Source: Candidatus Undinarchaeota archaeon (GTDB taxonomy: Archaea > SpSt-1190 > JASMDC01). From it: a stretch of DNA of 64,000 bases. A program made the position numbers and the translations under genes. Location: the NCBI GenBank assembly GCA_964519305.1, contig CAZFHY010000009.1, positions 22,229 through 86,228 of the forward strand, in the 5' to 3' direction. The notes under the pieces were generated by a model that was not told where the DNA came from, did no database searches, and worked only from the letters and a program-made list of their open reading frames with translations. Position 1 is the first letter of the stretch, and the number at the start of each line of letters is the position of its first letter. Positions 28,402 to 37,679 of this stretch are shown in pieces.

Positions 28402-28432
28402 GCTCCTCGCTTTTTGGAAGCTAGGGGAAGGG

Positions 28433-28440
28433 TTAAAAGA
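28433..28440 (+). promoter_or_regulatory. TATA box (ttaaaaga) for pan
   Basis: AT island centred about 28 nt upstream of ATG 28465. Confidence 0.5.
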
Positions 28441-28464
28441 CTAAGCCTCCCCCTCTGCCCTGCC

Positions 28465-29562
28465 ATGGAGATGGAATCACCGGACCAGTCCCGACGCACG
28501 AGGTTGCTGGAGAACCGGGTCCACGAGCTAGAGGCGGCCATACAACGGTTCCTGGCCCCGCCAAACCTCGTGGCGACCATCTCCGAACGTCATCCCAACG
28601 GCATGGTCGTGGCACGCCTCTCGAACGGTCAGGAGGTGTTCACAACCGTGCGCCAGGGCCTTGAGGAGAAGGTGCTCCCCGGGGACCGCGTCCGTGTCGA
28701 TCAGAAGAACTTCACGATCATCGACGTGCTCGGTGGCACCAGGGACTTCGATGTAGAGCGCTTCGTCGTCATGGAGAAACCCGTGATATCCTGGGAGGAC
28801 GTAGGTGGGCTTTCCGAAGAGATGCGGGAGCTAAAAGAGGTCGTGGAACTGCCGCTCACCAGTCCCGAACTGTTCCGCGAGGTGGGCATCACACCACCAA
28901 AGGGCGTGCTCCTTCACGGACCGCCCGGGACCGGTAAGACGCTGATGGCCAAGGCCGTTGCGAACGCTACCAACGCCACGTTCATCGAAGTAGTGGGCTC
29001 GGAGCTCGCTCAGAAGTTCATCGGTGAGGGTGCAAAGCTCGTCAGGGACATATTCTCCCTGGCCCGCGACCGCTCTCCCACGCTCCTGTTCATCGACGAG
29101 GTGGACGCCATCGCTGCAAAGCGTATCGAGGTGGGCACATCCGGCGAGCGCGAGGTGCAGCGCACCTTCATGCAGCTGCTGGCAGAGATCGACGGTTTCC
29201 GCCCCTTGGGGGCCGTCAAGGTCGTCGCCGCGACCAACCGACCGGACATCCTCGATCCGGCCCTTGTGCGCCACGGACGTCTCGACCGGCTCATCAAGGT
29301 ACCGCTCCCCGACGAGAAGGGCAGGAAGGACATCGTCCAAATACACACACGTCCCATGAACACCGACGAGCTCGATGTCAAGAAGCTGGTCAAGTTCACC
29401 GACGAGATGTCGGGTGCCGACATCCACAACGTATGCACCGAGGCCGGCTACATGGCCATACGTGATAAACGTACGAAAGTGACACAGAAGGACTTCGACG
29501 ACGCCATCAAGAAGGTGCGTAAAGAGGACAAGGAAGCTGTCGTCTATTCGATGTTCAAGTAG
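28465..29562 (+). CDS. pan: proteasome-activating nucleotidase (AAA+ ATPase PAN)
   Basis: Short coiled coil, OB segment, Walker A 'GPPGTGKT', Walker B 'LLFIDEVD', second region of homology, and a C-terminal '...YSMFK' (HbYX-like with Phe). The start follows TATA spacing; the longer track ORF is antisense to hps-phi. Confidence 0.85.
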   Translation: MEMESPDQSRRTRLLENRVHELEAAIQRFLAPPNLVATISERHPNGMVVARLSNGQEVFTTVRQGLEEKVLPGDRVRVDQKNFTIIDVLGGTRDFDVERFVVMEKPVISWEDVGGLSEEMRELKEVVELPLTSPELFREVGITPPKGVLLHGPPGTGKTLMAKAVANATNATFIEVVGSELAQKFIGEGAKLVRDIFSLARDRSPTLLFIDEVDAIAAKRIEVGTSGEREVQRTFMQLLAEIDGFRPLGAVKVVAATNRPDILDPALVRHGRLDRLIKVPLPDEKGRKDIVQIHTRPMNTDELDVKKLVKFTDEMSGADIHNVCTEAGYMAIRDKRTKVTQKDFDDAIKKVRKEDKEAVVYSMFK

Positions 29563-29579
29563 AGCGGACGTGTCCGGGT

Positions 29580-30134
29580 TCAATCCCCTGACAGTGCATC
29601 GACTATCCCTGACGGTGAGCTCAATACACTGATGCCCATCATCGTATCCAGCTGCCGGGCGTTCGCTACGTCCACGGGGCGCATGGTGAGCGTTCCTGTC
29701 CGTCCCCCTGGCAGTGCCGTTATGACCTTACCTTCCTCGATGTCCGTGGGGAGCATGGTGATCGTTGCACCGCACTTGATGGCCTGTGCAACAAGATTGG
29801 GGACAAGGGTGTCCGCGATACCGCAGACGACCTTCGCCACGGTGTTCGCTGAGGCGGGAGCGACCAGAAAGGCCGCGTACACGCCCTTGTACAGATCACT
29901 GAGGAGCTTTGCCTGATTGGGCCCGTTCTCGATGACAGGTGCGGAGAACGCACCCTCGTCCAGACGATCCGTGAGCCCGTACATCCGAACCACCCGGGCG
30001 CCCTCGGCCGATAATACGGGCTGGACAATGGTCCCTTCGACGCTCACGTCCTCCATGGCCTCGAACGTAGCTTCGAGATGATGACCGGCGCCGGTGATCG
30101 CCCAGAGGATCCGTCGTGGATTGACAGGTGACAT
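29580..30134 (-). CDS. flavoprotein of the PF02441 type (archaeoflavoprotein AfpA/UbiX-like)
   Basis: 'RILWAITGAGHHL' and 'LVAPASANTVAKVVCGIADTL' are typical of the homo-oligomeric flavoprotein fold. The start abuts the upstream stop (TGAATG). Confidence 0.55.
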   Translation of the reverse strand: MSPVNPRRILWAITGAGHHLEATFEAMEDVSVEGTIVQPVLSAEGARVVRMYGLTDRLDEGAFSAPVIENGPNQAKLLSDLYKGVYAAFLVAPASANTVAKVVCGIADTLVPNLVAQAIKCGATITMLPTDIEEGKVITALPGGRTGTLTMRPVDVANARQLDTMMGISVLSSPSGIVDALSGD

Positions 30135-30425
30135 TCAGATCATCCAGTCCTCGAGCACTTCGAGCACGAGGGCCTTCAGTTCACGAGGATCGTGCTCCCC
30201 TGGCTTCAATTCGTCCAAGGTTTCGGCCAGCGTGTGATCACCGATCACTTCCCGTACCCAGCTGGCCACGTCATTGCAGTCGGGCCTGATGTGGAAAAGC
30301 AGCCCCTCTGGAGCCATTCCCAAGATGATCCAGTGCAGGTCCATGATGTCGCGGGCGACACCCTCTACACGATCCTCGGACGACTTGACGATGAACTCGG
30401 ATCCGTCGGGTGCGGAGGGCATCAT
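30135..30425 (-). CDS. hypothetical acidic 96-aa protein co-transcribed with the flavoprotein
   Basis: The ORF abuts the downstream gene. A TATA-like ataaatag on the minus strand lies about 35 nt upstream (30456-30466). Confidence 0.5.
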   Translation of the reverse strand: MMPSAPDGSEFIVKSSEDRVEGVARDIMDLHWIILGMAPEGLLFHIRPDCNDVASWVREVIGDHTLAETLDELKPGEHDPRELKALVLEVLEDWMI

Positions 30426-30532
30426 CGGGGTTCCCTGCCACGTTTTCCGAGGTAAAGCTATTTATGTGGACTGGTCGGGCCGGGCCCTGTGTCTCCATAA
30501 CCGTTATAATGCTCTGTGACGATAGGTAGTAT

Positions 30533-30679
30533 GTGGGCATCACCATCGACCCTGACGATCCACGATTCAAGAAGAAGCGTACACTTCGCCCCGAGGACGT
30601 AGAGGACATCGCCCTGGAGCGTCGCGAGGTCGACCTTCCTTCAACACAGCGTCCCCGTCGCAGGAAGGATGAGCGCTAG
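30533..30679 (+). CDS. candidate 48-aa basic micro-protein (GTG start)
   Basis: TATA gttataat (30503-30510) is centred about 27 nt upstream of GTG 30533. It encodes VGITIDPDDPRFKKKRTLRPEDVEDIALERREVDLPSTQRPRRRKDER and ends at TAG 30677-30679. Not in the ORF track (too short). Confidence 0.3.
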   Translation: MGITIDPDDPRFKKKRTLRPEDVEDIALERREVDLPSTQRPRRRKDER

Positions 30680-30748
30680 CATCATCGCGCAGAGGGCGGG
30701 CGGGCGTCGCCGATTGATTTAAAACGCTCACCACTCATCCCGCTCCCG

Positions 30749-31234
30749 ATGGTCGCCGTACCACCCGCAGCAGGCCCCCTCATCGCCGCTGTAGGCTGCC
30801 TTGCCCTCGCTCCACGCGCTGCCAGGGGAGAGCGTGTCGAGGCAGGTGATGTGGCCTTCGGCGTGGTCGCGGGCCTGCTCCTGGCCGGCCTTACCGGGAA
30901 TCTGACCACCGCTCTTGCGATGGCTATGTTCGGGGCATTGGCCTGGCCCGTGCTCCTTCTCCTGCTCGAGATGGAGGACGCACGCATCATGCCTGCCCTT
31001 GGAGCGCTCCTGTTCGCCCCGATACCGGTTGACGGCCGTTCACTCCCGGCGTTCACTCTTGTAGCACCCTATGCCCTGCTCGCCGCAATGACGCTGGACA
31101 TGCTGGCCCAGCACGAGGTCTACGTCCCCGGCATCACCGTGGAGGTCGATGGCGGTCCCGACTTCCCGAACTTCGTCAACCTGCCTGCCGTGATCGCCAT
31201 CGCGTGCCTGGCCTGCGCCCTTCTCGTCCGCTGA
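30749..31234 (+). CDS. polytopic membrane protein, function unknown
   Basis: Four to five hydrophobic segments. TATA tttaaaa (30718-30724) is centred 28 nt upstream of the ATG. Confidence 0.6.
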   Translation: MVAVPPAAGPLIAAVGCLALAPRAARGERVEAGDVAFGVVAGLLLAGLTGNLTTALAMAMFGALAWPVLLLLLEMEDARIMPALGALLFAPIPVDGRSLPAFTLVAPYALLAAMTLDMLAQHEVYVPGITVEVDGGPDFPNFVNLPAVIAIACLACALLVR

Positions 31235-31320
31235 TCCCTGCCCCGACCGGCTGCCTTCCCCAAGGATAGGTAGAAAAAGGCCCGCGATGCGCATCGCCTC
31301 TACTGGACGGGTGACCGAGC

Positions 31321-32127
31321 ATGCTCTATGAGAGGATTGTTGATACAGAAAGGCTCGAAGCGGACCTCTACGGCCTGTGCGCTGTGGAGTCCCTCACGAC
31401 CGGCCGTGGCGAGTACATGGCCGACGGCTTCGAGGACATCGGGTTCTCCGTGGAGCGACAGCAGATGATCAACTATCCCCACGAAAATAAGATGATGCAG
31501 GACCTGTGGAACGACGAGAACGTCATCGCTGAGTACAAGGGCGATCCGGGCTCGGACAGGTACCTGTTGGTGATGGGCCACCACGACAAGGTCCCCGAGG
31601 GCAAAGGGGCCAACGACAATGGATCGGGATCGGTCATGCTCCTGGAGCTGGCACGTCAGCTGAGCGAGCGTGGCGAGAAGGTGAACGTGCGGTTCGCGTC
31701 CTACGGTCTGGAGGAGATTGGTCTCGACGGGGCCTCTGTGTACGTCAAATCTCTATCGGACACCGAGCGCGACAACATCATCGCGGCAGTCAATCTGGAC
31801 TGTATCGGTGCCGGCTCGGAGCTCACCCTCACCATGAAGGACCGTCGGAGCGCGACCACCGACTGGGTGAACGACGCCATCAAGCAGAAGGCGGACAGCA
31901 TGGGCATCTCCTACTACGAGCGTGCGTCAATGCGCGGTTCGAGCGACCATGCGGTGACCGCCAACGCCGGCATCCCCACTGCATCGCTCTGCCGACAGGA
32001 GGACGGAAAGATCCCCAACCTCCACTCGAAGGACGACGTGGTCGAGAACATCGACCTCGGACTGCTGACCGAGACCGGTGACCTAGTCTACCACGCGATG
32101 GTCGACATCTATCGGGATAAGAGGTAG
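31321..32127 (+). CDS. M28-family Zn aminopeptidase
   Basis: 'VMGHHDKV', 'GANDNGSGSVMLLELAR', 'YGLEEIGLDGA' and 'GSSDH' match the M28 metal-ligand blocks. Confidence 0.7.
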   Translation: MLYERIVDTERLEADLYGLCAVESLTTGRGEYMADGFEDIGFSVERQQMINYPHENKMMQDLWNDENVIAEYKGDPGSDRYLLVMGHHDKVPEGKGANDNGSGSVMLLELARQLSERGEKVNVRFASYGLEEIGLDGASVYVKSLSDTERDNIIAAVNLDCIGAGSELTLTMKDRRSATTDWVNDAIKQKADSMGISYYERASMRGSSDHAVTANAGIPTASLCRQEDGKIPNLHSKDDVVENIDLGLLTETGDLVYHAMVDIYRDKR

Positions 32128-32132
32128 ATCGA

Positions 32133-32453
32133 CTACTCGCCCTTTGCCTTCTTTACGAGCTCAGCGAGGTTATCCTGCAGGCGCGCAGCCTCTGCCTCGG
32201 CCTTCGCCCTGACCTCTGCGGGAAGTTCTATCTGGGCCTCGAGGACGTCAGCGTACATCCGCGCGACCTTCGCCTTCTGCTCCCTTACGTCGACCTCGAG
32301 GACCACCTCGTGGTCACCGATGGACTTCTTGAGCAGGGTCGTTCCCTTGACCTTGGACGATACGGCCCAGCCGAGGTCCTTGAGCTTACCAAGGAGCGTG
32401 ACCTCCTTAACCTCGCCTGAGACGAGTCCCCCCAACGAAAACGCGTACTTCAT
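32133..32453 (-). CDS. hypothetical 106-aa protein with a C-terminal coiled coil
   Basis: ORF downstream of pnp on the same strand. No family recognised. Confidence 0.45.
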   Translation of the reverse strand: MKYAFSLGGLVSGEVKEVTLLGKLKDLGWAVSSKVKGTTLLKKSIGDHEVVLEVDVREQKAKVARMYADVLEAQIELPAEVRAKAEAEAARLQDNLAELVKKAKGE

Positions 32454-32511
32454 GTGATCACTTGGAGAGTAAGGAGCGGCTCAGACTTTTGTTCCTTTCG
32501 ATTAGGGGACC

Positions 32512-32537
32512 CGCCCCGCGGGAATGCCCGCGGGGCG
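32512..32537 (-). terminator. strong GC hairpin 14 nt downstream of the pnp stop
   Basis: Perfect 11-bp stem cgccccgcggg / cccgcggggcg with a 4-nt loop. No clear oligo-T tract, so the function (terminator or processing/stability element) is uncertain. Confidence 0.4.
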
Positions 32538-32550
32538 ATAGCTGTCTTCC

Positions 32551-34824
32551 CTAGTCTCTGCGGTCGCGGGACCTGCGGTCGCGGTCCCTGCCGCCTCGGC
32601 GGTCACGGCCGCCACCACGGCGGTCGCGGTCACGGCCTCCACTGCGCCGGGGGCGTTCGGGCTCCACCCACCCGGGCGGCGGGGGGTGCAGGGCCTTCAT
32701 GGAGACGTCGACCTTTCCGAAGGCTACCTTGGTCACGACGACCTTCACCGTGTCGCCGAGCTTGACCCGGTCCTCGATCTTGTCCACATGGCCGTACTCC
32801 AGCTCCGAGATGTGGAGCATCCCGTCCTTGCCGGGGATTAGGTTGACGAAGGCGCCGAAGGGCTTGATCGTGACGACCTTGGCCTCCTCGAATATCTCGC
32901 CCACCTGCACCTCGCGAACGATGTCCCTGACGGCCTTCTCGGCCTTTGCGGCCATCTCGGCGTCGTTGGTGGTGATCATCACTGTACCGTCGTCCTCGAT
33001 ATCCATCTGGACGCCGGTCTCATCGGTGATGCTCCGGATCATCTTCCCGCCAGGGCCGATGACCGCGCCGATCTTTTCCGGATCGATCTTTAAGGCAATG
33101 ATACGCGGCGCGTACGCGGACAGCTCCTGCCTCGGCTCGGCGATCGCGCCCTGGATGACGTTAAGGATGAAGTTGTTCGCCATCCTTCCCTGGGTGATCG
33201 CTTCTCGGATGATGGGCATGGAGATACCACGGGTCTTTGTGTCCATCTGGACGGCTGTGACACCGTCACGGGTGGCGGTGATCTTGAAGTCCATACCGCC
33301 GTTCCCATCCTCCATGTCCTGGATGTCCGTGATGACCTTCCAGCGCTCACCGTCGGAAGCAAGCCCGATAGCTATCCCGGCCACGGGCTTCTTGATCGGG
33401 ACACCCGCGTCCAGGAGGGCCAGCGTCGATGCGCATGTGGAGCCCATGGACGAGGAGCCGTTGGAGCTCATGACCTCGGAGACCATCCTGATCGTGTAGG
33501 GGAACTCCTCCAGCGTGGGGAGCACCGGGCGAAGGGCTTTCTCCGCCAGCATGCCATGGCCCTGCTCTCGTCGACCGGCGCCGCGGAGCTTCTTTACCTC
33601 GCCCACGCTGAACGGTGGGAAGTTGTAGTGATGGAAGTACCGCTTCTTGATGTCGTCCTCCATCGACTCCACGATGAGAGTGTCACCGGGGGCACCCAGG
33701 GTGACCACCGATAGAATGTGGGTCTCTCCTCGCTGGAAGAATCCCGTGCCATGGAGGCGAGGGAGCACGGCCACGTCGGCCGCGAGGTGCCGGATATCGG
33801 TAATATTGCGGCCGTCGACGCGCTGTTCGCGGTCCAGGAGAGCCCGGGTGACCTGATCGTCGATGAACTCCTGGAAGCACTTCTTGAGGATGCCCTTGAG
33901 GTAGTCCTTGGCGGCCTCCTCGTCACGCTCCTGGTTGACGTACTCCCTGGCCATCTCGTTGACAACCAGTTCTTTCATCTCTCTCATGATCTCCTTGCGC
34001 TCGCCCTTTGAGCCGCGGGGCTGGTTGAAGACGTAGGTCTGGAGATGCGGGATCATGCGCTCCTTGAGCCGGTCAGCAACGACCTTCTCCTCGGGAGAGA
34101 GCTCGCCCGTGAACTTCAGGTCCTCCTTCTTCGCCTTGGGCTTACCGATCTGCTGGCGGACTTCCTCGATGAAGGCGCACAGCGGCCCGAGGGCACGCAT
34201 GGCCTCTTCGAAGGCGCCGGCCATGACGTCGTCCGGGGCCTCGTTGCAGTCGCACTCCACCATGGTGATGCGGGAGCCGTCACCGGTGACCAGAAGGTCT
34301 ACAATGGACTCCTCGAGCTCCTCCACGGTGGGGTTCACGATGTACCGACCGTCGATGTAACCGATGCGGACACCGGCCACAGGTCCGTCGAATGGGATGC
34401 TGGAGAGGTGGAGGGCCATGCAGCCGCCGATGATGGCAGGGACGTCGGGCTTGTTCGCCTCGTCGAAGGTGAGGGGCATGCAGATGACTTGGACCTCGTT
34501 GCGCATGTTCTGGTCGAAGAGCGGGCGGATACCGCGGTCGATGGAGCGTCCGGTCAGCACAGCGTCGAGGGAAGGTCTGCCTTCCCGCTTGGTGAACCGG
34601 GAGCCTTTGATGCGCCCGCACGCGTAGTATCGCTCTTCGTATTCGACCATGAGAGGGAAGAAGTCCATCCCTTCGCGAGCGGAGGGGGACATGTTCGCTG
34701 AGCAGAGCACTACGGTCTCGCCTAGTTTTATGGTGAGTGCGGCATCGGATTGAGGTCCGTACCTACCTGTCTCGATCGTGAGCGTCTTTCCTGCTACATC
34801 GCAGGTGAATTGTCGAATGTTCAT
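32551..34824 (-). CDS. pnp: polyribonucleotide nucleotidyltransferase (PNPase) with an Arg/Asp/Gly-rich C-terminal tail
   Basis: Two RNase PH domains, KH ('GPGGKMIRSITDETG'), S1 ('VGEIFEEAKVVTIKPFGAFVNL...MLHISEL'), then 'RRSGGRDRDRRGGGRDRRGGRDRDRRSRDRRD'. An archaeal-type TATA (ttttaaat region 34846-34858) lies upstream. Confidence 0.9.
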   Translation of the reverse strand: MNIRQFTCDVAGKTLTIETGRYGPQSDAALTIKLGETVVLCSANMSPSAREGMDFFPLMVEYEERYYACGRIKGSRFTKREGRPSLDAVLTGRSIDRGIRPLFDQNMRNEVQVICMPLTFDEANKPDVPAIIGGCMALHLSSIPFDGPVAGVRIGYIDGRYIVNPTVEELEESIVDLLVTGDGSRITMVECDCNEAPDDVMAGAFEEAMRALGPLCAFIEEVRQQIGKPKAKKEDLKFTGELSPEEKVVADRLKERMIPHLQTYVFNQPRGSKGERKEIMREMKELVVNEMAREYVNQERDEEAAKDYLKGILKKCFQEFIDDQVTRALLDREQRVDGRNITDIRHLAADVAVLPRLHGTGFFQRGETHILSVVTLGAPGDTLIVESMEDDIKKRYFHHYNFPPFSVGEVKKLRGAGRREQGHGMLAEKALRPVLPTLEEFPYTIRMVSEVMSSNGSSSMGSTCASTLALLDAGVPIKKPVAGIAIGLASDGERWKVITDIQDMEDGNGGMDFKITATRDGVTAVQMDTKTRGISMPIIREAITQGRMANNFILNVIQGAIAEPRQELSAYAPRIIALKIDPEKIGAVIGPGGKMIRSITDETGVQMDIEDDGTVMITTNDAEMAAKAEKAVRDIVREVQVGEIFEEAKVVTIKPFGAFVNLIPGKDGMLHISELEYGHVDKIEDRVKLGDTVKVVVTKVAFGKVDVSMKALHPPPPGWVEPERPRRSGGRDRDRRGGGRDRRGGRDRDRRSRDRRD

Positions 34825-34946
34825 GTGGCATTCACTAAAGGGGTATCCTTTTAAATGAGCCGGTCAGGCCTCCGCAGTGGGCCGCGGTATCACGGTTCTT
34901 GCCATGGGAAAGGTATATATAGCGGTCGTGGGGCCGCGCCGACAAG

Positions 34947-35492
34947 GTGACGCTGATGGACATATCCATTGACTATCTGGAGCGCGAGCAGATGAAGGTC
35001 GGACCGAGCGTCGGTATGGGTTTCGGGCCCACATATGGCATCCCACCATCAGGCCCCTTCCACACCAGCGATGTCGTGTTCGACAACAACTACGTCGCAA
35101 GGCAGACCGAGGAGTTCGAGCCCGCCATCGAAGCGTTGGCCGAGCAGTACGCTGCCAAGGACGGTTGTGAGGTCATGGCCTACCACGACCACAGCCATAC
35201 GACGTGGTACAATACCATCGATAAAGAGATGGAACACGTCCACTTCAAGGGCGAGATGGACGACTTCAAGGGCTTCATCGAGGACGCGAAGGCGGCCGGG
35301 TACGGCACGCCCGAGAACGTCCGGGTGAACGCCTCAGTGGTCGACTGGCTCACCCACCCGGTCCAGACCTGGCGCACGAAGCAGGCTGTATCCTCCTACA
35401 TGGAGGAGGTCGGCTCCGAGCTCAAGGTCACAGAGACCGAAGAGGACGTAGGCAACCGACACATCTACAAGCGCGAGATTACGTTCGAATGA
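34947..35492 (+). CDS. hypothetical cytoplasmic protein
   Basis: 181-aa ORF. TATA gtatatata at about 34908-34917. Start is GTG 34947 or ATG 34956. No family recognised. Confidence 0.5.
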   Translation: MTLMDISIDYLEREQMKVGPSVGMGFGPTYGIPPSGPFHTSDVVFDNNYVARQTEEFEPAIEALAEQYAAKDGCEVMAYHDHSHTTWYNTIDKEMEHVHFKGEMDDFKGFIEDAKAAGYGTPENVRVNASVVDWLTHPVQTWRTKQAVSSYMEEVGSELKVTETEEDVGNRHIYKREITFE

Positions 35493-35506
35493 ACTGACCT
35501 CAATCC

Positions 35507-35538
35507 ACGGGGGCGGTCGTTACCGCGGCCGTCCCCGT
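35507..35538 (+). terminator. hairpin followed by a T-rich tract
   Basis: Stem acgggg...ccccgt with an inner gcgg/ccgc helix, followed by tttccttttat, 15 nt after the stop of 34947-35492. Confidence 0.45.
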
Positions 35539-35627
35539 TTCCTTTTATCATGCACTGCGGGAAAAGGCTGTGTATGAATCTCACACTACCGGTGAGGTTG
35601 CTCGTTCCAGATAGGGTGGTCCGCTCG

Positions 35628-36035
35628 TTACCGGACAATACGTGAGTTCTCGGGAGCCATGACGAGCCAGTCCTCGTCGATGCCCGCCATATCGGACCCG
35701 CTGGTGGAGCAGTGCGTCTTGAGGCGGTTGATCGAGCGCTTGAGCTCGGACATGTCCTTCTCGCGCAGTTGCTTGATCTTGACGAGCATGATGGTGTTGC
35801 CCTTCCGGAAGTGCGTGAGGATGGTCTCTGTATCTGCGAAGTCCTCGAGCTGGGACGTACGGATCTGGAGAGCCGAGTCGCCCGAGTCCACGTTCTTGAA
35901 CTTGATCTCGGGGATATCCGAGGTCTTTGAAGCATGAGCATTATGGATATGATGGTACTCGTCGAGGTGTGTGGGTCGTTTGTGCTTGAAGCGCTCCAAC
36001 AGCTTCTCGCCCATTCTGTAGAACCGTTCGACCAT
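35628..36035 (-). CDS. sepF: cell-division protein SepF homolog
   Basis: The C-terminal domain 'LEDFADTETILTHFRKGNTIMLVKIKQLREKDMSELKRSINRLKTHCSTSGSDMAGIDEDWLVMAPEN' fits the SepF/DUF552 pattern. Confidence 0.6.
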   Translation of the reverse strand: MVERFYRMGEKLLERFKHKRPTHLDEYHHIHNAHASKTSDIPEIKFKNVDSGDSALQIRTSQLEDFADTETILTHFRKGNTIMLVKIKQLREKDMSELKRSINRLKTHCSTSGSDMAGIDEDWLVMAPENSRIVR

Positions 36036-36086
36036 AATCTATCCCAAGATGCTGGAGCGGTCTTCCTTTAAATTCCTTCCGCCGAG

Positions 36087-36353
36087 CTATCTTTGGAGCG
36101 TCTCCAGAGTACTGGCGATGTTCCAGATATCGGTCCTTGTGTGCTCTGGCAGGTTCGGATCATTGGAGATATCGTCCAACCGGTTGATTGCCTCGTTCAC
36201 GCGAACGGCCATTGCTCTGTCCTTGCCTACAAGGATGCTCTTTACGTCCTCGGCAGTCTTGCGTATGTTCCGCGGCACCGATCGATCATCGAGTATCTCT
36301 TCGAGTATCTCGCAAACCTGAGAAAGGATGTTTTCAGCGTCCATGTCCCTCAT
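36087..36353 (-). CDS. UPF0147-family small archaeal protein
   Basis: 'SVPRNIRKTAEDV' and 'DISNDPNLPEHTRTDIWNI' match the conserved UPF0147 signature as I recall it. Confidence 0.55.
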   Translation of the reverse strand: MRDMDAENILSQVCEILEEILDDRSVPRNIRKTAEDVKSILVGKDRAMAVRVNEAINRLDDISNDPNLPEHTRTDIWNIASTLETLQR

Positions 36354-37332
36354 CTCCTAGCCTTTCCCTCAGGACCCTCAGGAGGCCCTTGATACCCTCG
36401 TCCATTTCCACCACGCCATTGACGCTGGCAGCGGCATCGTGACCACCACCACTCCCTTGGATGATGGCCTCAATGTTCGCGAGAAGGTCCTTGTAGACGT
36501 GAATCCCAGTGCTTTTTATAAAGGTTTTTCTCGCCCGCGCTGTTATCCGGAACCCCTTCTTCTTCTTGGCACCGACGAAGGCTATGTCGGCACCGAACCT
36601 GATGAGAGCATTGGCCACATCGGCCTCGAAGGAGTTCACCCTCGAGACGGCCACTATCCACGGACCGGTCAAAGTGAGCTCGGCCCGTTGGGCTCCCTTG
36701 AGGATCGCGATCCTCGAGGAGCGATCAGGTTCCAGGTGGATGGCATCGAGCACCTCCTGGTAATCCACGTCGGTCGTGGCCAGGAGCTTGGCCATGTCTC
36801 GGAAGGTGCTGGCCTGTGCCCGTCTGAATGACATTGTGTCCGCGACCATGCCTGCGATCATCGCTGCGGCCGCACGCTTCGTGGGTTCTACGTCCGCTGC
36901 CTCGAAGAGGCGGAACACGAGCTCGCATGCAGACGGAGAGGTGGCGTCCGTCAGGGAAGCATGATAATCGCATGGTCCCGAATAGGGATGATGGTCCACA
37001 ACGACAGGCCGCTTCCATGGGACCAGGGGCGCGAACTGGTCGGGGTTCTGGACGTCCACGAGAACGGGAAGCCCTCCCGGGTTCGGAGGCCTGACCTCGA
37101 ACTCGGCGTCCAGGTAGTCGATGAGCTTACGCGCGGCAACGCTCGCATGCGAACCCGATCCGATCCTCGACGGGATATCGAGCTTTTTCAACAGTTCCTG
37201 GAGCGCTATGCAGGCTCCTGCGGCATCGAGGTCGGCGTTCTGATGAGTGATGAGGAAAGCGCCCTCCCTCGCAGCGGTGAGGGCCTCAAGGACGTTTTGA
37301 ACGTCCTCCCCGGTACCTTTTTTCTCAGGCAA
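36334..37332 (-). CDS. DHH/DHHA1 phosphoesterase (NrnA-like nanoRNase/pAp phosphatase)
   Basis: 'ITHQNADLDAAGA', 'VVVDHHPY' and 'GGGHDAAAS'. Confidence 0.7.
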   Translation of the reverse strand: MPEKKGTGEDVQNVLEALTAAREGAFLITHQNADLDAAGACIALQELLKKLDIPSRIGSGSHASVAARKLIDYLDAEFEVRPPNPGGLPVLVDVQNPDQFAPLVPWKRPVVVDHHPYSGPCDYHASLTDATSPSACELVFRLFEAADVEPTKRAAAAMIAGMVADTMSFRRAQASTFRDMAKLLATTDVDYQEVLDAIHLEPDRSSRIAILKGAQRAELTLTGPWIVAVSRVNSFEADVANALIRFGADIAFVGAKKKKGFRITARARKTFIKSTGIHVYKDLLANIEAIIQGSGGGHDAAASVNGVVEMDEGIKGLLRVLRERLGDEGHGR

Positions 37333-37678
37333 TGGGGCCGGCCGGTCCCTGGAGGAGCTTGGTCACCTTGTCAGAGAGGTCGGTCACCTTCTCGTTGACC
37401 TTCTCCTCCTGACGGGTGAGAGTCTTGATTCGAAGCTCCAGGGTCTCACGCCGGTCGTCCAGTTCCTTTGTCACGTCCTTGGCCTTCATCTTGGCAAGGA
37501 TGGGGCCCACTGCCTTGTACACGTCCTCGTCCTTGACCCCTTCCAGGGATTCAAGGGCGGACATGACATCGGTCAGCTGGGTCTCGATCTGCTGTTTCTG
37601 GATGAGAATTGTCTGTGCCTGCTGCTGATACTGTTGCAGCTGGAGCACCATGTGCTGTGCTTGTGGGGATATGTCCAT
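37325..37678 (-). CDS. pfdB: prefoldin subunit beta
   Basis: Coiled coil-beta hairpin-coiled coil layout. 'QQLQQYQQQAQ', 'VYKAVGPILAKM'. SD AGGTGA 7 nt upstream. Confidence 0.85.
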   Translation of the reverse strand: MDISPQAQHMVLQLQQYQQQAQTILIQKQQIETQLTDVMSALESLEGVKDEDVYKAVGPILAKMKAKDVTKELDDRRETLELRIKTLTRQEEKVNEKVTDLSDKVTKLLQGPAGPIA

Positions 37679-37679
37679 G

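Noticed and set aside
30515-30522. Octamer TGTGACGA identical to the C'-like box of the 40005-40089 sRNA candidate
   Set aside because: It sits only about 5 nt downstream of a TATA box, has no partner D box at 12 nt, and has no terminal stem. An 8-mer match is expected by chance.
32454-32765. 103-aa Gly/Arg-rich plus-strand ORF
   Set aside because: It is antisense to the Arg/Asp-repeat tail of pnp and spans the GC hairpin. The low-complexity mirror image is a by-product of the pnp tail repeats.
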